Shown: piece after piece, positions 22,634 through 49,994 of the stretch
Position numbering within the stretch: the stretch's first letter is position 1
Layout: every line of letters starts with the position of its first letter
Source: the human T2T-CHM13v2.0 reference genome, Homo sapiens
Strand: one strand, 5' to 3'
Assembly: GCF_009914755.1 (NCBI RefSeq)
Contig: NC_060936.1
DNA: 64,000 nucleotides
Made by a program: the position numbers and the translations under genes
Notes under the pieces: generated by a model
Seen by the model: the letters and a program-made list of their open reading frames with translations, nothing else
Databases searched by the model: none
Told to the model about the DNA's origin: nothing

Positions 22634-23406
22634 TGTGGTAAAACAACTGTGGTAGTTATTACCCAGCTATCCACCCCTGTATTAGTCCATTCTCTTATTG
22701 TTATAAAGAAATACCTGAAAAAAAAGAAAGAAAAATAAATATCTGAGACTGGGTAACTGGGTAATTTATACAGAAAAGAGGTTTAATTGGCTCATGGTTC
22801 TGCAGGCTGTACAGGAAGCATAGCAGCTTCTGCTGCCTGGGGGACCTCAGGAAACTTACAATCATGACAGAAGGCAAAGGGGCAGCCAGCACTTCACATA
22901 GCCGGAGCAGGAGGAAGAGAGATGGGAGAAGGTGCTACATACTTTACACACTTTTAAATAACCAGATCTCATGATAACTCACTGGCTATCAGCACCCATG
23001 ATCCAATCTGCCCCCATGATCCAATCACCTCCCACCAGGCCCCATTTCCAACACTGAGAATTATAATTCAACATGAGATTTGGTGGGGACACAGATCCAA
23101 AGCATATCAACCCCCCAGATAGTACTACAATTTCCACTTGGGCCTTGTGACAAGCTCTGGCCAATGAATTATGAGCAGGAATGATGTATACCATGTCTAG
23201 GCTGGAGCACATAATTGCTTCCTTTCCCACACTTATGATGGGCGATCCTTCAGATAATGGTTGTTCTATCAGCCAGGTCACAGAAGATCTCTCAGCCAAC
23301 CCATGCTGAACAAGTAGTGAGAGCAAAAGATTGTGATGTTATAGACCACGGAGATTTGGGGGATTCTTTATTATGTAGCATAGCGTAGTTCATCCTGACT
23401 GATACA
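22634..23406 (+). mobile_element. MLT1 (MaLR) LTR hosting the MST insertion
   Basis: Ends gagatttgggg...cctgactgataca. Confidence 0.6.
22678..23109 (-). mobile_element. MST (MaLR) solo LTR
   Basis: tgtattagtcc...atatca, 5-bp TSD ACCCC. Confidence 0.9.
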
Positions 23407-24485
23407 AACTGCATCCTTCCTCTCTGAGTTTGTCTAGAGATGACAAATTACCAGCTCTACTTATGCATCACACATGCCCAAAAGTGTGTGTGTGTGTTGT
23501 GTATGTGCTTTATTTTGTTGCTAATAAATCTATTAAAAGTGGAAAACTCTAAGTCCATCAGCAGAAAACATTCCTGTAGATATTTCTTCAGTACAAAGGA
23601 TGTCAGTTGTTCAATCTGACAAGGTAATTAATGAATGAGAAACTCCAGAATAGCCACATCCAGACCACAAATACCTCCCTTGGAGAAAGATGCATATGTG
23701 GGCCAAGCAAGGGCAAAAGGAAGGTCCCTAAAGAAGAGCCCACACATGTTGATGTTGCTCTGGGAGAAATATATTAATTTATTTAACAAATAAAAAAGCT
23801 ACTATGTTCCAGGCATTGTCCAAAGTGCAAAAAATAGAATAGTGAACAGAACAGACAAAAATCTCCCTTTTTATAGAGTTTATATTCCAATGGCGTGAGG
23901 GAAGATAATGACATGGCTCTAAAAACATTTAATTGTTCCAGTATAGACTTTCCCCATTTCTCATGATCTGTTCATCCAGCTGAATAAATAAGAAATGTGA
24001 CAAGCCCATCACCCCCCACTTACTGACAGGGTAAAGTCTGAAGCAATATATGGGGTAATCCAACCTACACCATCTGGGGCCCTGAAATGCAGATCATTAA
24101 TTTGGATTAAACCCTTAAATACTGGTTTCTGATTTCCATTCATAGGAAACAACAGCTCTTTCTTCTTCTGGCTGCACCTGGGGTTCTGCCCACTGGCCTA
24201 GAGGAAGAAATGGAATTCATGTTTTGATCACCACATCTGGCATCTGAATCCCTTCATCTTCTTGAAAACCTCTGAAGATCTGAGTACTGTTTAAGAGCAG
24301 ACTCCCTAAGGCAATTATCCTCTCAGGCCAGAAGTCTCAGGAGGTAGAGGTTGGAGTCTATGGTAGCACCATCTTTGACTCACTGGTCTGTCTGCATAGA
24401 AAATACTGCAACTCATGTTTAGCTATTGTCTAATGTATGTGCCATCAGCTCCTAAGGGGACAAAGACAGAGTGACAGCCCCTTCC

Positions 24486-24913
24486 TGTGACGGTTACTAT
24501 GGGACTGAACGAAGGAGGACGAATGCAGAAATGAAGACAAAGACAAAAGATCTGTTTTAAAAGAAGGGGTGGGGGGCTCCTTGTTTCTAGTGAGCAAGGG
24601 CCCTGAGCTTCTACAGCCCTTTGTATTTATTACGTAGAATCAACAGGGAGGAAAGGTAATGGTTGGTCAGCTGCTTGATTTATCACAGGTTCACCTAATT
24701 GCTTTTTTTATACTACAGGCTTCAGATATTCCTATAGATAACCACAAGGAACACTGCGCTTGGGGCGTGACTGCCTCAGCATTCCTTCTGGCAGCAGATG
24801 CAGTTTGCCAGTTTGCCAACTCCCGCTTTCATGAGAACAGTTTGCTATTTGCTCATATAGCCTCCAGTGGTATACTGAGTTGGTCATGACCCTCATTCTT
24901 TTGGCCTCCAACA
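24486..24913 (-). mobile_element. LTR3 (HERV-K HML-6) solo LTR
   Basis: Reverse complement starts TGTTGGAGGCCAAAAGAATGAGGGTC, 6-bp TSD ccttcc/ctttcc typical of betaretrovirus-like ERVs. Confidence 0.85.
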
Positions 24914-25264
24914 CTTTCCCATTTCCTTTATTCCAATAACTGTGTGCTGTTATGTATCTGTACCTTGTGTACCTCTAAACTCTTCACTGAGTGTGATACA
25001 AAGTACATTAATTAGTAAATATTTGAGTAGTAAATAATCCTGGGTTTCAACCAAATATAGATTGATCCAGACACATAATGTTAAGTCACAAAGGAGGGAG
25101 GTCTGTTCAGCTTCCTGTCTTGCCTCACGGCTCCTTTCTGGTACTGTGCACTGTGGGCCAACAATGTTAGTTACTAGTCTAAGACTATACAAGGCCTAAT
25201 GTGGTTAGTCATTCTTATATTAGTAAAGCTCAACAGCAAATAATGGTTGATTTACTGATTGTCA

Positions 25265-25650
25265 AATACTATTTCTCACTAAAGGAAACCAGAACTCTTT
25301 AGCGAAATGGCTGACTTCAGAACTGTGACAGGAAATGTACAAGATGAACCTGGGACATCTTATTTGTGCCAGAAAATAAGAAAGCTTCCAAAGACAACTG
25401 AGTCATGTCAAAAAAGGGACACAGAAACCAGCCTGAAGGGGCTCCCTCCTGAGTCACTTTGGGACAAAAATTTGAGCATTAAAAAAAATGACTACATATG
25501 TATGCATATGTATATAAATATATATAATTGCATATTTATGAGTTCACAATCATACTTTAAAAACTCATTAGTCACCACTGCAAGTTGGTAGGGTACCAAC
25601 CTGTTATGCTGAAAGTTGGTAATAATAATAAAGACAAAGAATCAAGCATG
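25265..25650 (+). mobile_element. L1MC 3'UTR fragment
   Basis: aggaaatgtacaagatgaacctggga...tgtcaaaa motifs shared with 10300-10470. Confidence 0.55.
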
Positions 25651-25659
25651 AAAATAAGG

Positions 25660-25780
25660 CTTGGTCCTAGGCAATTTACTTAACCTCTCAGAGCTTGTTT
25701 CCTCATTTATAAAATAATAGTACTGGTAGTGCCTAGTTCACAGGATTTTTGTGAGGATTAGATAAAATAATAACACATGA
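25660..25780 (+). mobile_element. MIR
   Basis: ttacttaacctctcagagcttgtttcctcatttataaaat. Confidence 0.7.
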
Positions 25781-26559
25781 GATCCCAGCAATTACAATGT
25801 ACTATATGCATGTAAAGAATACCTGCAATTATTATGTGGACAGTTTTCAAGTGAAACAGATCTCTGATGATTTATAGGCACCTGGTTTTGGATTGATGTG
25901 ATTATAAGACCTTGAGGAGTAATTCAACATTCTCAGCCTCTTGTTCAAGGAGCTTACCTAAGGGGTATATTCTCTATTCTGTATGATTTGCCATTTTCCC
26001 TTTGAAATCCATACTGGGCTATAATTACTTTAGTTCCTCACTTGCCAGGGATGGAGTATGCTCCCTAAAGGCCCAGCTGATGATCAAGCTGCATGTTCAT
26101 ATGGTCCCTGGTGCTTATTATAACTGGAAGAAAACTTAGTCCTTCCAAAAGAATCATTAAAGGGCTGGTGGCAATCCAATGGTGACTTGTTACCTTGCCT
26201 TCCTCATTTAAGCAAGTGAGTCCCACAGGAAGCCTGTATAACCAAGAAAGCAAGCATGAAATACTTCCTGCTCCTTGTAGAAGGGAGACTCCAGCTCTTG
26301 CAATCCATTTGCAGCATTCAAAAACTTCAGAGATGCTCAAAGAGCCAAATGGATCCCAAATGAAAGGGTCGAATGACTTCAGCCCCAAATACTAGATAAA
26401 AGCAACTGAGAAGTTGAATTCAGGAGAAAGTTGTCCAGGAATTAGTGATTGTTTTTTTTCATGACATCTTAAAGAAGATGGGGCACTGCCTCACATCCCC
26501 AGCTCCTTGAGCAGAACATGATATAAAATCAGCATTAACCTAGTGAGGCAGATAGCTAG

Positions 26560-27070
26560 GATTGTATGCCCAGCAGTCAGTTTCTTGGAAAAGCCAATCC
26601 TCTCAACTGTATGGCCAGCATGACAGCTCCCATGCTATTTCTTGACCCCATCCTCATCCTGGCTTCTGTGGATTGGTCCTGTGGTTGGCACTTAACCCTA
26701 TCCAAAGCTCTTCTCCAGAATTTCTCAAAGTATAAATAAAATAGCCAATCTCTGGAGTGGCAGCCTGCTTAGGATGAAAAATATAAGAATTGACAAAGTC
26801 CCATGTTTACCTCCATGTAGAGAAAGCCAATTTTAGGAAAAAGAAATGCAATCAACCCATACAGACAAACAGACAAGAAATGGAAAGACAGACTCCTGAT
26901 GATGTTTGAGTCCCTCATTTTTCTAAGGTCCAGCTGTACCTTGTTCTTCATATGGTTTGACTGATCAATACATTCTTGATTCAGCAAGCCAATAAATTCC
27001 CTCCCAATTCTCCACAAGTTATATTGATTGGAATTCTGTCACTACAACCAAAAAGGTCCTGACCAATACA
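26560..27070 (+). mobile_element. MLT1 LTR relic
   Basis: gccaataaattccc ... tgtcactacaaccaaaaaggtcctgaccaataca. Confidence 0.55.
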
Positions 27071-27229
27071 GTATTGGTTCCTTGCACTTTCACGTTGGGA
27101 TAGAAACAGAATTCAGTAGCCAACTGACCTTTCTATGGATCATCGCCCAACTCTGCTCTGCCTCTGGAATCTTCATTTACTACACATGCTCCAGATCATT
27201 GCCAGAGTGACCATCCTAAAATATCTCTT

Positions 27230-27512
<283 letters not shown>

Positions 27513-28549
27513 TAAAATACCTCTTCTTTATAAAACATTTCCTTGCTTCCACATCTCTTTCCTCACCACCATCAATGTATAATCCACTACTCCCTTCATA
27601 AACCTATTCACATGTTTATCATAATACATACAACACTTTAGTGTGCTAATTTCTTTACATATCTCTCCCCAGCCAGAATGGAAAACGGCCCAGGACAGGC
27701 AACACATCTTATTTATCTGTGATGCCCCAGTTACTAGTGCATGGCCTGAAATACTGTAGGTTTCTAGTAATTATTTATTCTTCTGGCCTGTCTGTATGTG
27801 GAGTTAGTATGGTCTTTATCAGGTCTACCTCAACTTTCTGAAGAGGATATCAATCCAAACCTCACCTCAGCAGAGCATTTGGATTTAACAGCTGTGTTCC
27901 AGATACTTCTCTGCTCCTAAACCTTCATAGAATTTGCTTTAATCAAATTGCCTGGTTTTCAAATGCTATTGGCTCACATACAGAAATAAACTAAAAAGAA
28001 ATTCGCTGGTAAATTTAGTGTAGAAATGATAGTGAAGACGATGTACACCATAAGACACAGGAGAAACATTTCCCACTGCTGTCAATATTAGGAAAAGGTG
28101 AGATTTTTTTCTAGGCCACTAGTCTACATGTTTGTCTTGAGGACACCACACATATCTGATTATGTTTCCTTCTTTTGGCTGGATGGGAGAAAGCTCTAGC
28201 CAAATTTCTGGCATGCTTCCAGTGAATGGATAGGTCTTTGTGGCATTTATTTTGTGTACTTTCTCACACTGGGTGTTATTCTTATTTCCTACTCCATTTT
28301 TTATTTGCCTGCATCATTTCTATCTCTTTTTTATTAAATAAAATTACTTTTATTCCATCCCTCAGTAACTACAATTACTAATTGATGGTAAGGTGTCCAC
28401 CTGTAGGTTACACAGCAACTTCTCAAATCTTGGACTCAGATCGGACAAGGCCACCATCATTTCCTCTTCCACATTGATTCTCATGGAGTATTTTTTTTTA
28501 AAAAGAGATTTAATCCATTCTTTATTATATTTTCCTGAATACAACTTTA

Positions 28550-29630
<1,081 letters not shown>

Positions 29631-29811
29631 TCCTCAGCAACTTTTTAAGGACTGAGTGGAATAATACTTGGAGATATTGACTGAAGCACTTCAAACTGTC
29701 TTCTTTGTCGTTTAAATTTTTTATTTTATTTCAATCATTTGGGGTACATAGTAGGTGTACCAAAACGTGTTCTTGAAACACTTACCAGCATCAATTGAAA
29801 ATAAGGTTTAC

Positions 29812-30134
29812 AGCAAGTGGCTCATGCCTGTAATCCCAGCATTTTGGGAGGCCGAAGCAGGCAGATCACTTGAGGTCAGGAGTTCAAGACCAGCCTGACC
29901 AACATGGTGAAACCTCATCTCTACTAAAAATACAAAACTTTGCCTGGCATGGTGGCAGGTGCCTGTAATTCCAGCTACTCTGGAGACTGAGGCAGGAGAA
30001 TCTCTTGAATCCAGGAGGTGGAGGTTGCAGAGTCGAGGTCATGCTACTGCACTCCACCCTGGGCGAAAGAGCAAGACTTCTCAAAACAACAACCACAACA
30101 ATAAACAAACAAACAAAAAAAAGAAAAGAAAAGA
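29812..30134 (+). mobile_element. AluS
   Basis: Alu dimer with (CAA)/A tail. Confidence 0.93.
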
Positions 30135-30189
30135 AGGTTTCCAATTGAAAAGCCAGGATTGTTATAAAACATTATGTGTCTTTGTGGGG

Positions 30190-30216
30190 GGTGTGTGTGT
30201 GTGTCTGTGTGTGTGT
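30190..30216. repeat. (TG)n microsatellite
   Basis: Seen directly. Confidence 0.9.
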
Positions 30217-31422
30217 CCAGAAGCTTGACTATGAATATCAAGAACCAAAGGCTCTGAATAATGCAGGGAATAGGATGAGGGAAGATGGCTGGAATATATA
30301 AAAACACTTATTCTGCCCCAAAGAAGATAAAGGTTAAATGGGGTGGGGGGAGGTGATTGAATGAGCTAAAACTAGAGCTTATTTCAGGGTGATTGCCTAC
30401 AAAGAAACTCTATGCCTACATATCCCAGGGCTAGATGCCACTTCCCCCACCCCAAACACACATACAATGCCAACCTGCAGCCGCCACAGTAAAAAGTAAA
30501 TGAGAATGTGAAGAGAAGACCTAAGACATTCCTGCCACTCCAGTGTGACTCAGGAGCCCATCTGAACGTGTGCCAAAAGGGGTGCAGAATTGGCTGAAAG
30601 GAGGTTGGAGGACTAGGGCTACACTGCAGTTAAGAATATTAAGAGGGCCACTTGACCATGGTGACCGCAGAGCAAAGAATCATGGAACTCCTTCGCTGTG
30701 GACACAGCAGGAAGATGCAGGGATCAAAGATCAGCGAGGATTGCACAGCTCAGTGGAAGATACCATGGATGGATGTTGGTGACTATGGACCAGATTCTGT
30801 TCCCTGATTCTAGGACAACACACCAGCCCTCTGAAATATACACGATTCTCACAGAGATAAGAAGAAGAAGAGGAAGAATCAGAAAGCTGACAGAGTTTAA
30901 ACTTTGAACTGACCAAATTTAAATACTAAAGTGATGGAGTCTCTCCAGCAGTGGCTGCATCAAGTGTTCTGATCTTAAGCAAAATGGGAATAGAAGAATA
31001 AAAGTTACAGTATTGCTACAGAGAGATAAAATTGTATTTTTCACATATCTGAGTATGTAACTGTATATTTCATGACCATAGAAATAATTTATAATTTTTT
31101 CTGATTATAAAAAAAAGCAGTAATGTATGCCCATGGTAGAAAACATGTACAATTTTAGAAAATATAAGAAATAAAATGAAAGTCACCCATAATTCAACTA
31201 TGTATACATATCATTGTTAATATTTTAGTGTATTTTCCTCCATGTTTTTAAAATTTCATCTGTGTATTGTTTTATATAATTGGAATCATATTGCATCAGG
31301 GCAAGGGCAACATTATTGCATGAAAACTTAGGGAGGCCTAATGTCACAGCAATACATAAAACATAGGGATAGGTATTACAGCATGTCAAGAATTTCTGTT
31401 TATGATAAGAAGAAAGACTTGG

Positions 31423-31653
31423 CAGTGGTGTGCTGGAGCTGGCTCTGACCAGTTCACATGAGCCAGTTGTGTGCCTCTCTTCCCAGCTCTGTGTTCAGTG
31501 ACATCACACAGATAGGTATGAATCAGCCACAAAATCAGCCATAATGGGAATATTTACAGCATGGAAATTGACAAATAACATAAATCAGGGTTTTTTTTTT
31601 TTTTTTTTTTTTGCCAGAGGGCCAATTGTTAAACATTTACGAACACACCATTT
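31423..31653. mobile_element. MER63A-like hAT DNA transposon
   Basis: TIRs cagtggtgtgctgg ... gaacacacca, body matches recalled MER63A. Confidence 0.75.
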
Positions 31654-32379
31654 CCCTTAAGTGCTCACATGTCCTCCACTATCACTTTATCCCTAAGTCT
31701 CGCTGTAATGCATCTCTGTGTGTCCCTGATCTTAGTATAGTCTTCACATGGCTTGTTCCCTGATTCTGTGATAAAACAAAATGAAAGTCACTTTAGCCCT
31801 GAGTTGTTATTGTCATCCATTGTAAAACTGCGTCGGGTCCAGTCTAGCTCAAGAGTATACGTGAAATTTTATATACTGATTTTCCTAACCTATTAAGTTT
31901 AATTTCGTTAGGTTTCACCTTGTGTGTTTTGTGACAATAGACTAGAAATAAAATAATAATCAATTGTGGCTGTTGCTGCTACTACTTAAATGCTTTAAAC
32001 TGTCAATGTCTCCCCATTAACCACAAAATAAAGTCAAAACTTCTTGGCTTGGCTTGTGAGGTCTTCCATAGCCTGTCTTTTCAACTTCATTGTCCACCAT
32101 TCCCCAACACAGAACTTAATTCCAGAGATGTGTCAATTTACCATCCCTGACTGAGCCTGCTCATTAGTAAGTACCTTCTTGTCTTTATTTATATGGTGGT
32201 CCCTTTCTAAGATGCCTAATAGCTCTCCTTTCCACCTACTCATAGTCTTGCCATCCTCTAAAGGCAATTAAGATTTCACCGGCTCCAAGAAGCCCTCAAC
32301 TAGCTCATCCTGCAGTGAGCTCCACTGTTTCAGAGGCCCTATAAGGGGGTGGAAATACAAAGGAGGAGATGGCACAACT

Positions 32380-32570
32380 ATCACTGGTCAAGCCTGTGCC
32401 AGTTGCCAGGTGCTGTGCCAGACACTGGACTTATTCCATGTAACTTCATCACAGCCATCCTCATGAGGTGGCTCAGTTTTTTCTCTGAGACCCAATGTGA
32501 CTTGCCTAGAATCACAGAACTAGTGAGCAGGACTCAAGACCAGGTCAGTCTGATTCCAAAAGCCATGTGT
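32380..32570 (-). mobile_element. MIR
   Basis: tgacttgcctagaatcacagaactagtgag ... caggtcagtctgattccaaagcc. Confidence 0.65.
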
Positions 32571-33124
32571 TTTTTTTCTAGTGAAATATTATTTCCATCA
32601 GAACCAATAGATCCCCAGCCCTGTAAGGCCCTTCACTGCTGTGGCCTTGTCATTTGTGCCCCTGCCCTTCCTGCTGGACTGGGCACTCCTCAGGGTCAGG
32701 GATGGTGATGTGCCTGTGCCTCTTTGTGTCCCCTCTCATTGGGCACACACACACATATATATATATGAAACCATAACTCTATACCCTTATTTTATACATG
32801 AATACATATATAATAATAAGTATGACTATATACACATGGGGGCATTAGGTGTGGATGGGTATATAAATGCTTAAACACACCAGAAGGACTAATGGGAAAT
32901 AGTTCAAAATAGAATAACTATTTCCTAAAATCTGGTTGGAATTACAATTTTATTTTATTTACAAAGTTATGGTTTTTCTAACTTTTCTATAATAAGTATA
33001 TACAGCTTTAAAAATCAGAAGACAAAAGAAAAGAGGACAAGAAAGAGTCAAGGCCCTGTCCTCTAAGGGTTTAGAATCTACAAAGAGAGGGTTTACATAA
33101 ATTAATACAATACACCACAAGTTG

Positions 33125-39000
<5,876 letters not shown>

Positions 39001-39086
39001 ATCAGAAACTCATTTACCCTTGGCTGGGCTGCTGTCTCCTCCTTTCAGCACTGGATGCCACAGTCTCAAGGCTTCTTGGGCTCTAG

Positions 39087-39539
<453 letters not shown>

Positions 39540-41183
39540 TACAAATTGTTATTTTTTTAAACAACATAATCATAAATGTGCGTAGTGCTGAGAAAACATA
39601 GAAGAAGGATAAGTTATGATTTTAATAACTTCTCAATTTGTTTGTCAAAGTAGGGAAAAATCACATGTGGTCAGAAAAGTGGTGCAGAGTCATGGGGCAG
39701 TAAGATCTTCATGGGCCTTACAAACCAAAAAGTATCTGAGACAGGTCTCCATCAATTTAGAAGTTTATTTTGCCAAGGTTAAGGCCGATGCCCAGGAGAA
39801 AAAAAGCACAGAATCACAGAAACAGTTTGTGTTCTGTACGTTTCTCCAAAGATAATTTTGAGGGCTTCAATATTTGAAGGGGAAAAACAGTCACATTACT
39901 AAATCCACATGTTGCAATAGAAAAGGTGCAGGTATGGGAATAGTCAATTACGTATTCATCTCATGTTTAGTAAACTGGCACTTTACATAAGATAAAGTCA
40001 ACACAGATTAGCTAACTAGGGGAGATATTTCACCTTTTATCTGTATCTCTCTGCTTAGGAATAAAAGGAAAGGCAGCTTCCTGCATGATTCAGCTTTCAG
40101 CTTATTTTTTTTCCTTTTGGCATAGTGAACTGGGGTCCTAAGTTTTTATATTCCTTTCACTTCTGTTCCCCCTTTTTCTTTTTAAAATTTTTCAGAGAAA
40201 GAATTTTAGAGAAAAATGAGTCTCTGGTCTTAGGTTTTGTCGGATCTCTTGTGACCAGGATGGTTTATTCCCAGATAAATAGGTCCCACATTGTTAGAAA
40301 CTATTATTTTAGCAGGTTGTGAAGCCTCATGTTCTATGAAGAAAAAAATAGGATGAGAAAGAGAGAAAGAAAACAACAAATAAACAAAAAAGGAAGAACA
40401 ATCCTGGAAAACCGACATAGGCCATATTATTCTGAAGTCCATATATCAGTAGATAGAGATGAAAATAATTTTTGTATACAAATAGGTTGCCATTATTTTC
40501 TCCTAAAGTTTAAGTTGTCTAGCTTCAGTTCACAGGGTGTAAACCAAAAATAAAATTCTAAGTCCCCTCAATAAATTGAATGGACCCTTCTTCTTAGCCA
40601 AGAGCATTACAAAGTTAATCTTAAAAACTAGTTCAGGCCATAATGGGAAGTGGGGGTGACACATGTCTCATACTCTCCACCCTTTGGAATTCAGGCACAA
40701 CTGACCAGCACTGCTATTAAAACAGAGATCTTAAGACTGACAAAACAGACTTTTTGTAGAAATAAGACACGAAATTCCAGCCTGACTCTAATATAGCATT
40801 ACATGACAGATATCAGGTCTATAAGTTTTAAAAGGCTCATCCAGAAAACACATGTAAGAGCTAACCACTCTGCATTTTGAATCCTCTGAGAGGTGACAAA
40901 TCCAAGTGTTTTACCCTAAAATATATTTATTTGATATATTTTTAAACGGCCCTGCAAAGCTGTCTCTTGTGGGGGAAAAAAATCTACATTCTGTAGATAA
41001 TCCTCATTCCTTTCAAGGTTTTTTTTTGTTTTTGTTTTTTTTTCCTGATCCAGGAGAGAATTAACTAAGAGTCTACCACCTTTTTAAGTCTGATAAGAAA
41101 CATTTACAATCTATTCTCTCTGAAGTCTGCTACCTGGAGGCTTCATCTGCATAATAAAACGTTGGTTTCCACAACCCCTTATC

Positions 41184-41473
41184 TTTTTATTGAGACAGCT
41201 GTCTTGCTCTGTCACCCAGTCTGAAGTGCAGTGGTGCAATCTGGGCTCACTGCAACCTCTGCCTCCCGGGTTCAAGTGATTCTCATGCCTCAGCCTCCTG
41301 ACTGGCTGGGATTACAGGCATGTGCCACCATGCCTGGCTAATTTTTGTATTTTTAGTAGACATGGGTTTTGCCATGTTGGCCAGGCTGGTCTCCAACTCC
41401 TGGCCTCAAGTGATCTGCCCACCTCAGCCTCCCAAAGTCCTGGGATTACAGGCATGAGCCACGGTGCCTGGTC
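41184..41473 (-). mobile_element. AluS in MER4 5' LTR
   Basis: TSD cacaaccc(c/t)ttatctt. Confidence 0.93.
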
Positions 41474-42618
41474 TCACAACCCTTTATCTTAACGCAGACA
41501 TTTCTATTGATTCTAAATCTTTACACAATAACTTAAATCTTTCAACTGCCAATCAGAAAATCTTTGAATCTACCTATGACCTGGAAACCCCTGCTTGCAG
41601 TTGTTCTGCCTTTCTGGACAAAACCGATGTACATCTTACATGTATTGATTGATGTCTTATGTCTTCCTGAAATGTATAAAACCATGTGTGGCCTGACCAC
41701 CTTGGACACATGTTCTCAGGCTCTTCTGAGGGCTGTATCATGGGCAATTGGTCATTCATATTTGGCTCAGAATAAATCTCTTCATATGTTTTACAGAGTA
41801 TGACTCTATTTGTCAATAACTTGGCACCCAAACATGTGGGCCCTCTGAGAAGACTCAGAACATGAAGGAGTTGCCTGAACTCAGAGCTAGGTTGATGGTT
41901 CTTGATTTATTCTAAGGTGGGTTTTTTTTCTCCTAGGATGTTATTTAGGATCCTAATGCTAGTTCAGAGGTGCATTATAAAGAGTCCTCTCCATTTTCCT
42001 TTTCTAAAGACAAGAAGAACAACCCCCTTTCAAGTACCCCATTTGGTTTCTAGTATGGGAGTGCATTCTAAAGTGTCTTCTCCATTGTTTTTTCCCCAAT
42101 ATGAAGCTCAACTGGTTTGTCTGCATATTTGCATGAGAAACTGAATTGCCCTTTTCATAGATAAAATGGGAGACTAAGCTCCTTAGCTCTGAAGAGAAAG
42201 GGCATTTTGTTTCTCCCAGCTGAAAGGTGCCCCTGGGTGACCAGAGGCCAAGTGAGAGTGCCTGTGGGGTTTACCCTCTGTGACATGCAGTGGCCCTAGA
42301 GGGAACCCCCCAACAAAATTAGTTTTAAAGGGCTCATCCAGGAAACATATATAAGAGCTGACCACTGCGCATTCTGAGCCCTCTGAGAGGTGAAAAATCA
42401 ACAGAGAGAGAAACTGAAACATGTAAGAGGGTGGAAATGATTCAGTGGTGAACGACTGTAGAGTCCTGCCCACAATCAGCACACATCAGTCCACCACACT
42501 AAACCCTAGGCTACATCTTAGTTCCTCCTTTTAATATAAAAAAAGAAAAAAAGAAAGAAAATAGAAAGGCAGGAAACAAATTATTTAAGAATTATTAAGA
42601 ACAAAGGATAAGGAGAAT

Positions 42619-47965
<5,347 letters not shown>

Positions 47966-49994
47966 GATAAGGAGAATAACCCTTTTTCAAGCACCCTGTG
48001 GTTTCATGCCTCCTCTACTTGCAAGCATTTGTGTAAAATGGAAAAGTTTGCAGACATGCCAGCTTTTCTTGTATTCCAGCTGGTTCCATATTATGGCCTG
48101 TTGTGCACATTTTAAACTGATGGGCAAATTACATCAAGAAAAAATTCAGAGCCCAAAGGTTAACCTGCAACCATTTAGTTCCTAAATTCTGTATTTCTCT
48201 ATTTGGTTTTCTGCCTGCTTTAAATTTGCTGTTATTTTTCTACTGAGATAAATACTACTGTTTGGATACATGCATGTTTTTTGTGTGCTGTTTTTTATTT
48301 TTGTAAACCAGTAAGATTGTATTAATATGTCATGGCTGAAGGTCTAATGTAAAAGCTATAGGATCTTTGTATGAGTGTGTATACAGGTGTTTATGCCTAT
48401 GGACACATATTTTGTTATATATTTTGGTTAAAAGGTACCAAATTGGCTTACAGTTAAGGCATACTCATAAATTAATAATAAGCCCAAATGCTTTTCAAGT
48501 TTACTTTAAGTAAAATCTTTGATAAATAAGCTGGCTTTAAAATTATTGGTAAAGTAATATTAGAGATTTCTTAAGAATTTTCAGCATTTTGTTTGCATTT
48601 ATTGATCAAGTGATTTCACACTTATCCTGCCAAAAACTATAAGGTGTCAAAATTTGGCTATAAAACTATAAACTCAGCCCCAAAGAGAATGATCTTTGGT
48701 AGTTTAATTTTGATAAATAAGACATTTAATATTGTTAGTTTAATAAAAACAGCTAAATCCTGAGTTATTGGTAATATCCAAAGAGTTAACATTGTTTCTT
48801 AAACACCTGAAATTCATAGGCTATAAAAGTAGCTAACAGAAAAAGTAATTTTAAATGATGACTATCACAGTTTTTATGAATACTAGGTAAATTATTAAAA
48901 ATGAAATAATTGGGCAAATGTAATCAAATAAATGCTTGTAAACAAACTTGTCATATAATTTAGAATCTAAAGTTATATCAAATTAAATAATAGATATTCA
49001 TTAAACGTCTAATTTCCAATTTAAAAAATTATACTGCAGAAAAACATTTTTTCTAAAAAATGTATTCTTATTAAAGGGTAAATTTTTGTGTTTAATTCAA
49101 AGTCTATTTAAAGATTATATATAAAGCAAGGTAAATAAACCAGGAAATAAGAGACATAAAGAGGTGCTTTTTGGTAAATACAGGATAAAAGAAAAATGAC
49201 TTTATATGAGAGAGGATCTTATATGGTAAATTTCTGTCCTAAAATAAAACGATTGTTCAAAAAAGAGATGTATATTAAGGACAAAAGAGAAAGTCTAAGC
49301 GTGTTGTGAATGGTCTGTGTAAGTTGTAAGAAGGTTAGCAAAAGAGTATTTTAAAAGTTATATGATCAAATTGGCTATCCTTAAAAGGAAATTATAATAG
49401 TCTTTTTAGAAATTGGTCTTTGATATTAAAAATACACTAATACAAAACTAAATAACTGGTTAGGACAAAATTTTATTAAAATTGACTTACTCTTAATGCA
49501 AGAAATTTATTTTTAAATTATATAATCTTTGTTTTTTCAATTCTTAGATTGATATCTCAGAAGTTCAATTTCTGCTGTACCCTGCTGCTTCAGCTCTTTT
49601 CCGTTTGAGAAGGCCTGGGATGGTAACTCTCTCTTTCAATGTTTATTGGCTCCTATAAATTTTTTTTTTATTAATAGTCTAAATTAAGGGAGAGAACTTT
49701 TAAAAAATAGGTAAATAAAAAAGCATTTTGCATCTGCCTTTGTCTGTATGTCTATATGTTTATGTGTGTCATGTGGAAAGAATATGCCACGACTATATGA
49801 AAGAGCTGTAATCAATTGGCTTAAAGAAAAGTGCTTACCAGGCTAATAAAAGCTAGCTCTCTGATGCCTTTTAGCTCACATGACTTTAGTAATACTTGGT
49901 AAGACTAATTTGGTAAATTTAATCAAAATTCTCTCCAATAGTTAAAAATCTTAAAGTCATGTTGTTAAATTAATTGGGAATTTGGGTTACTAAG

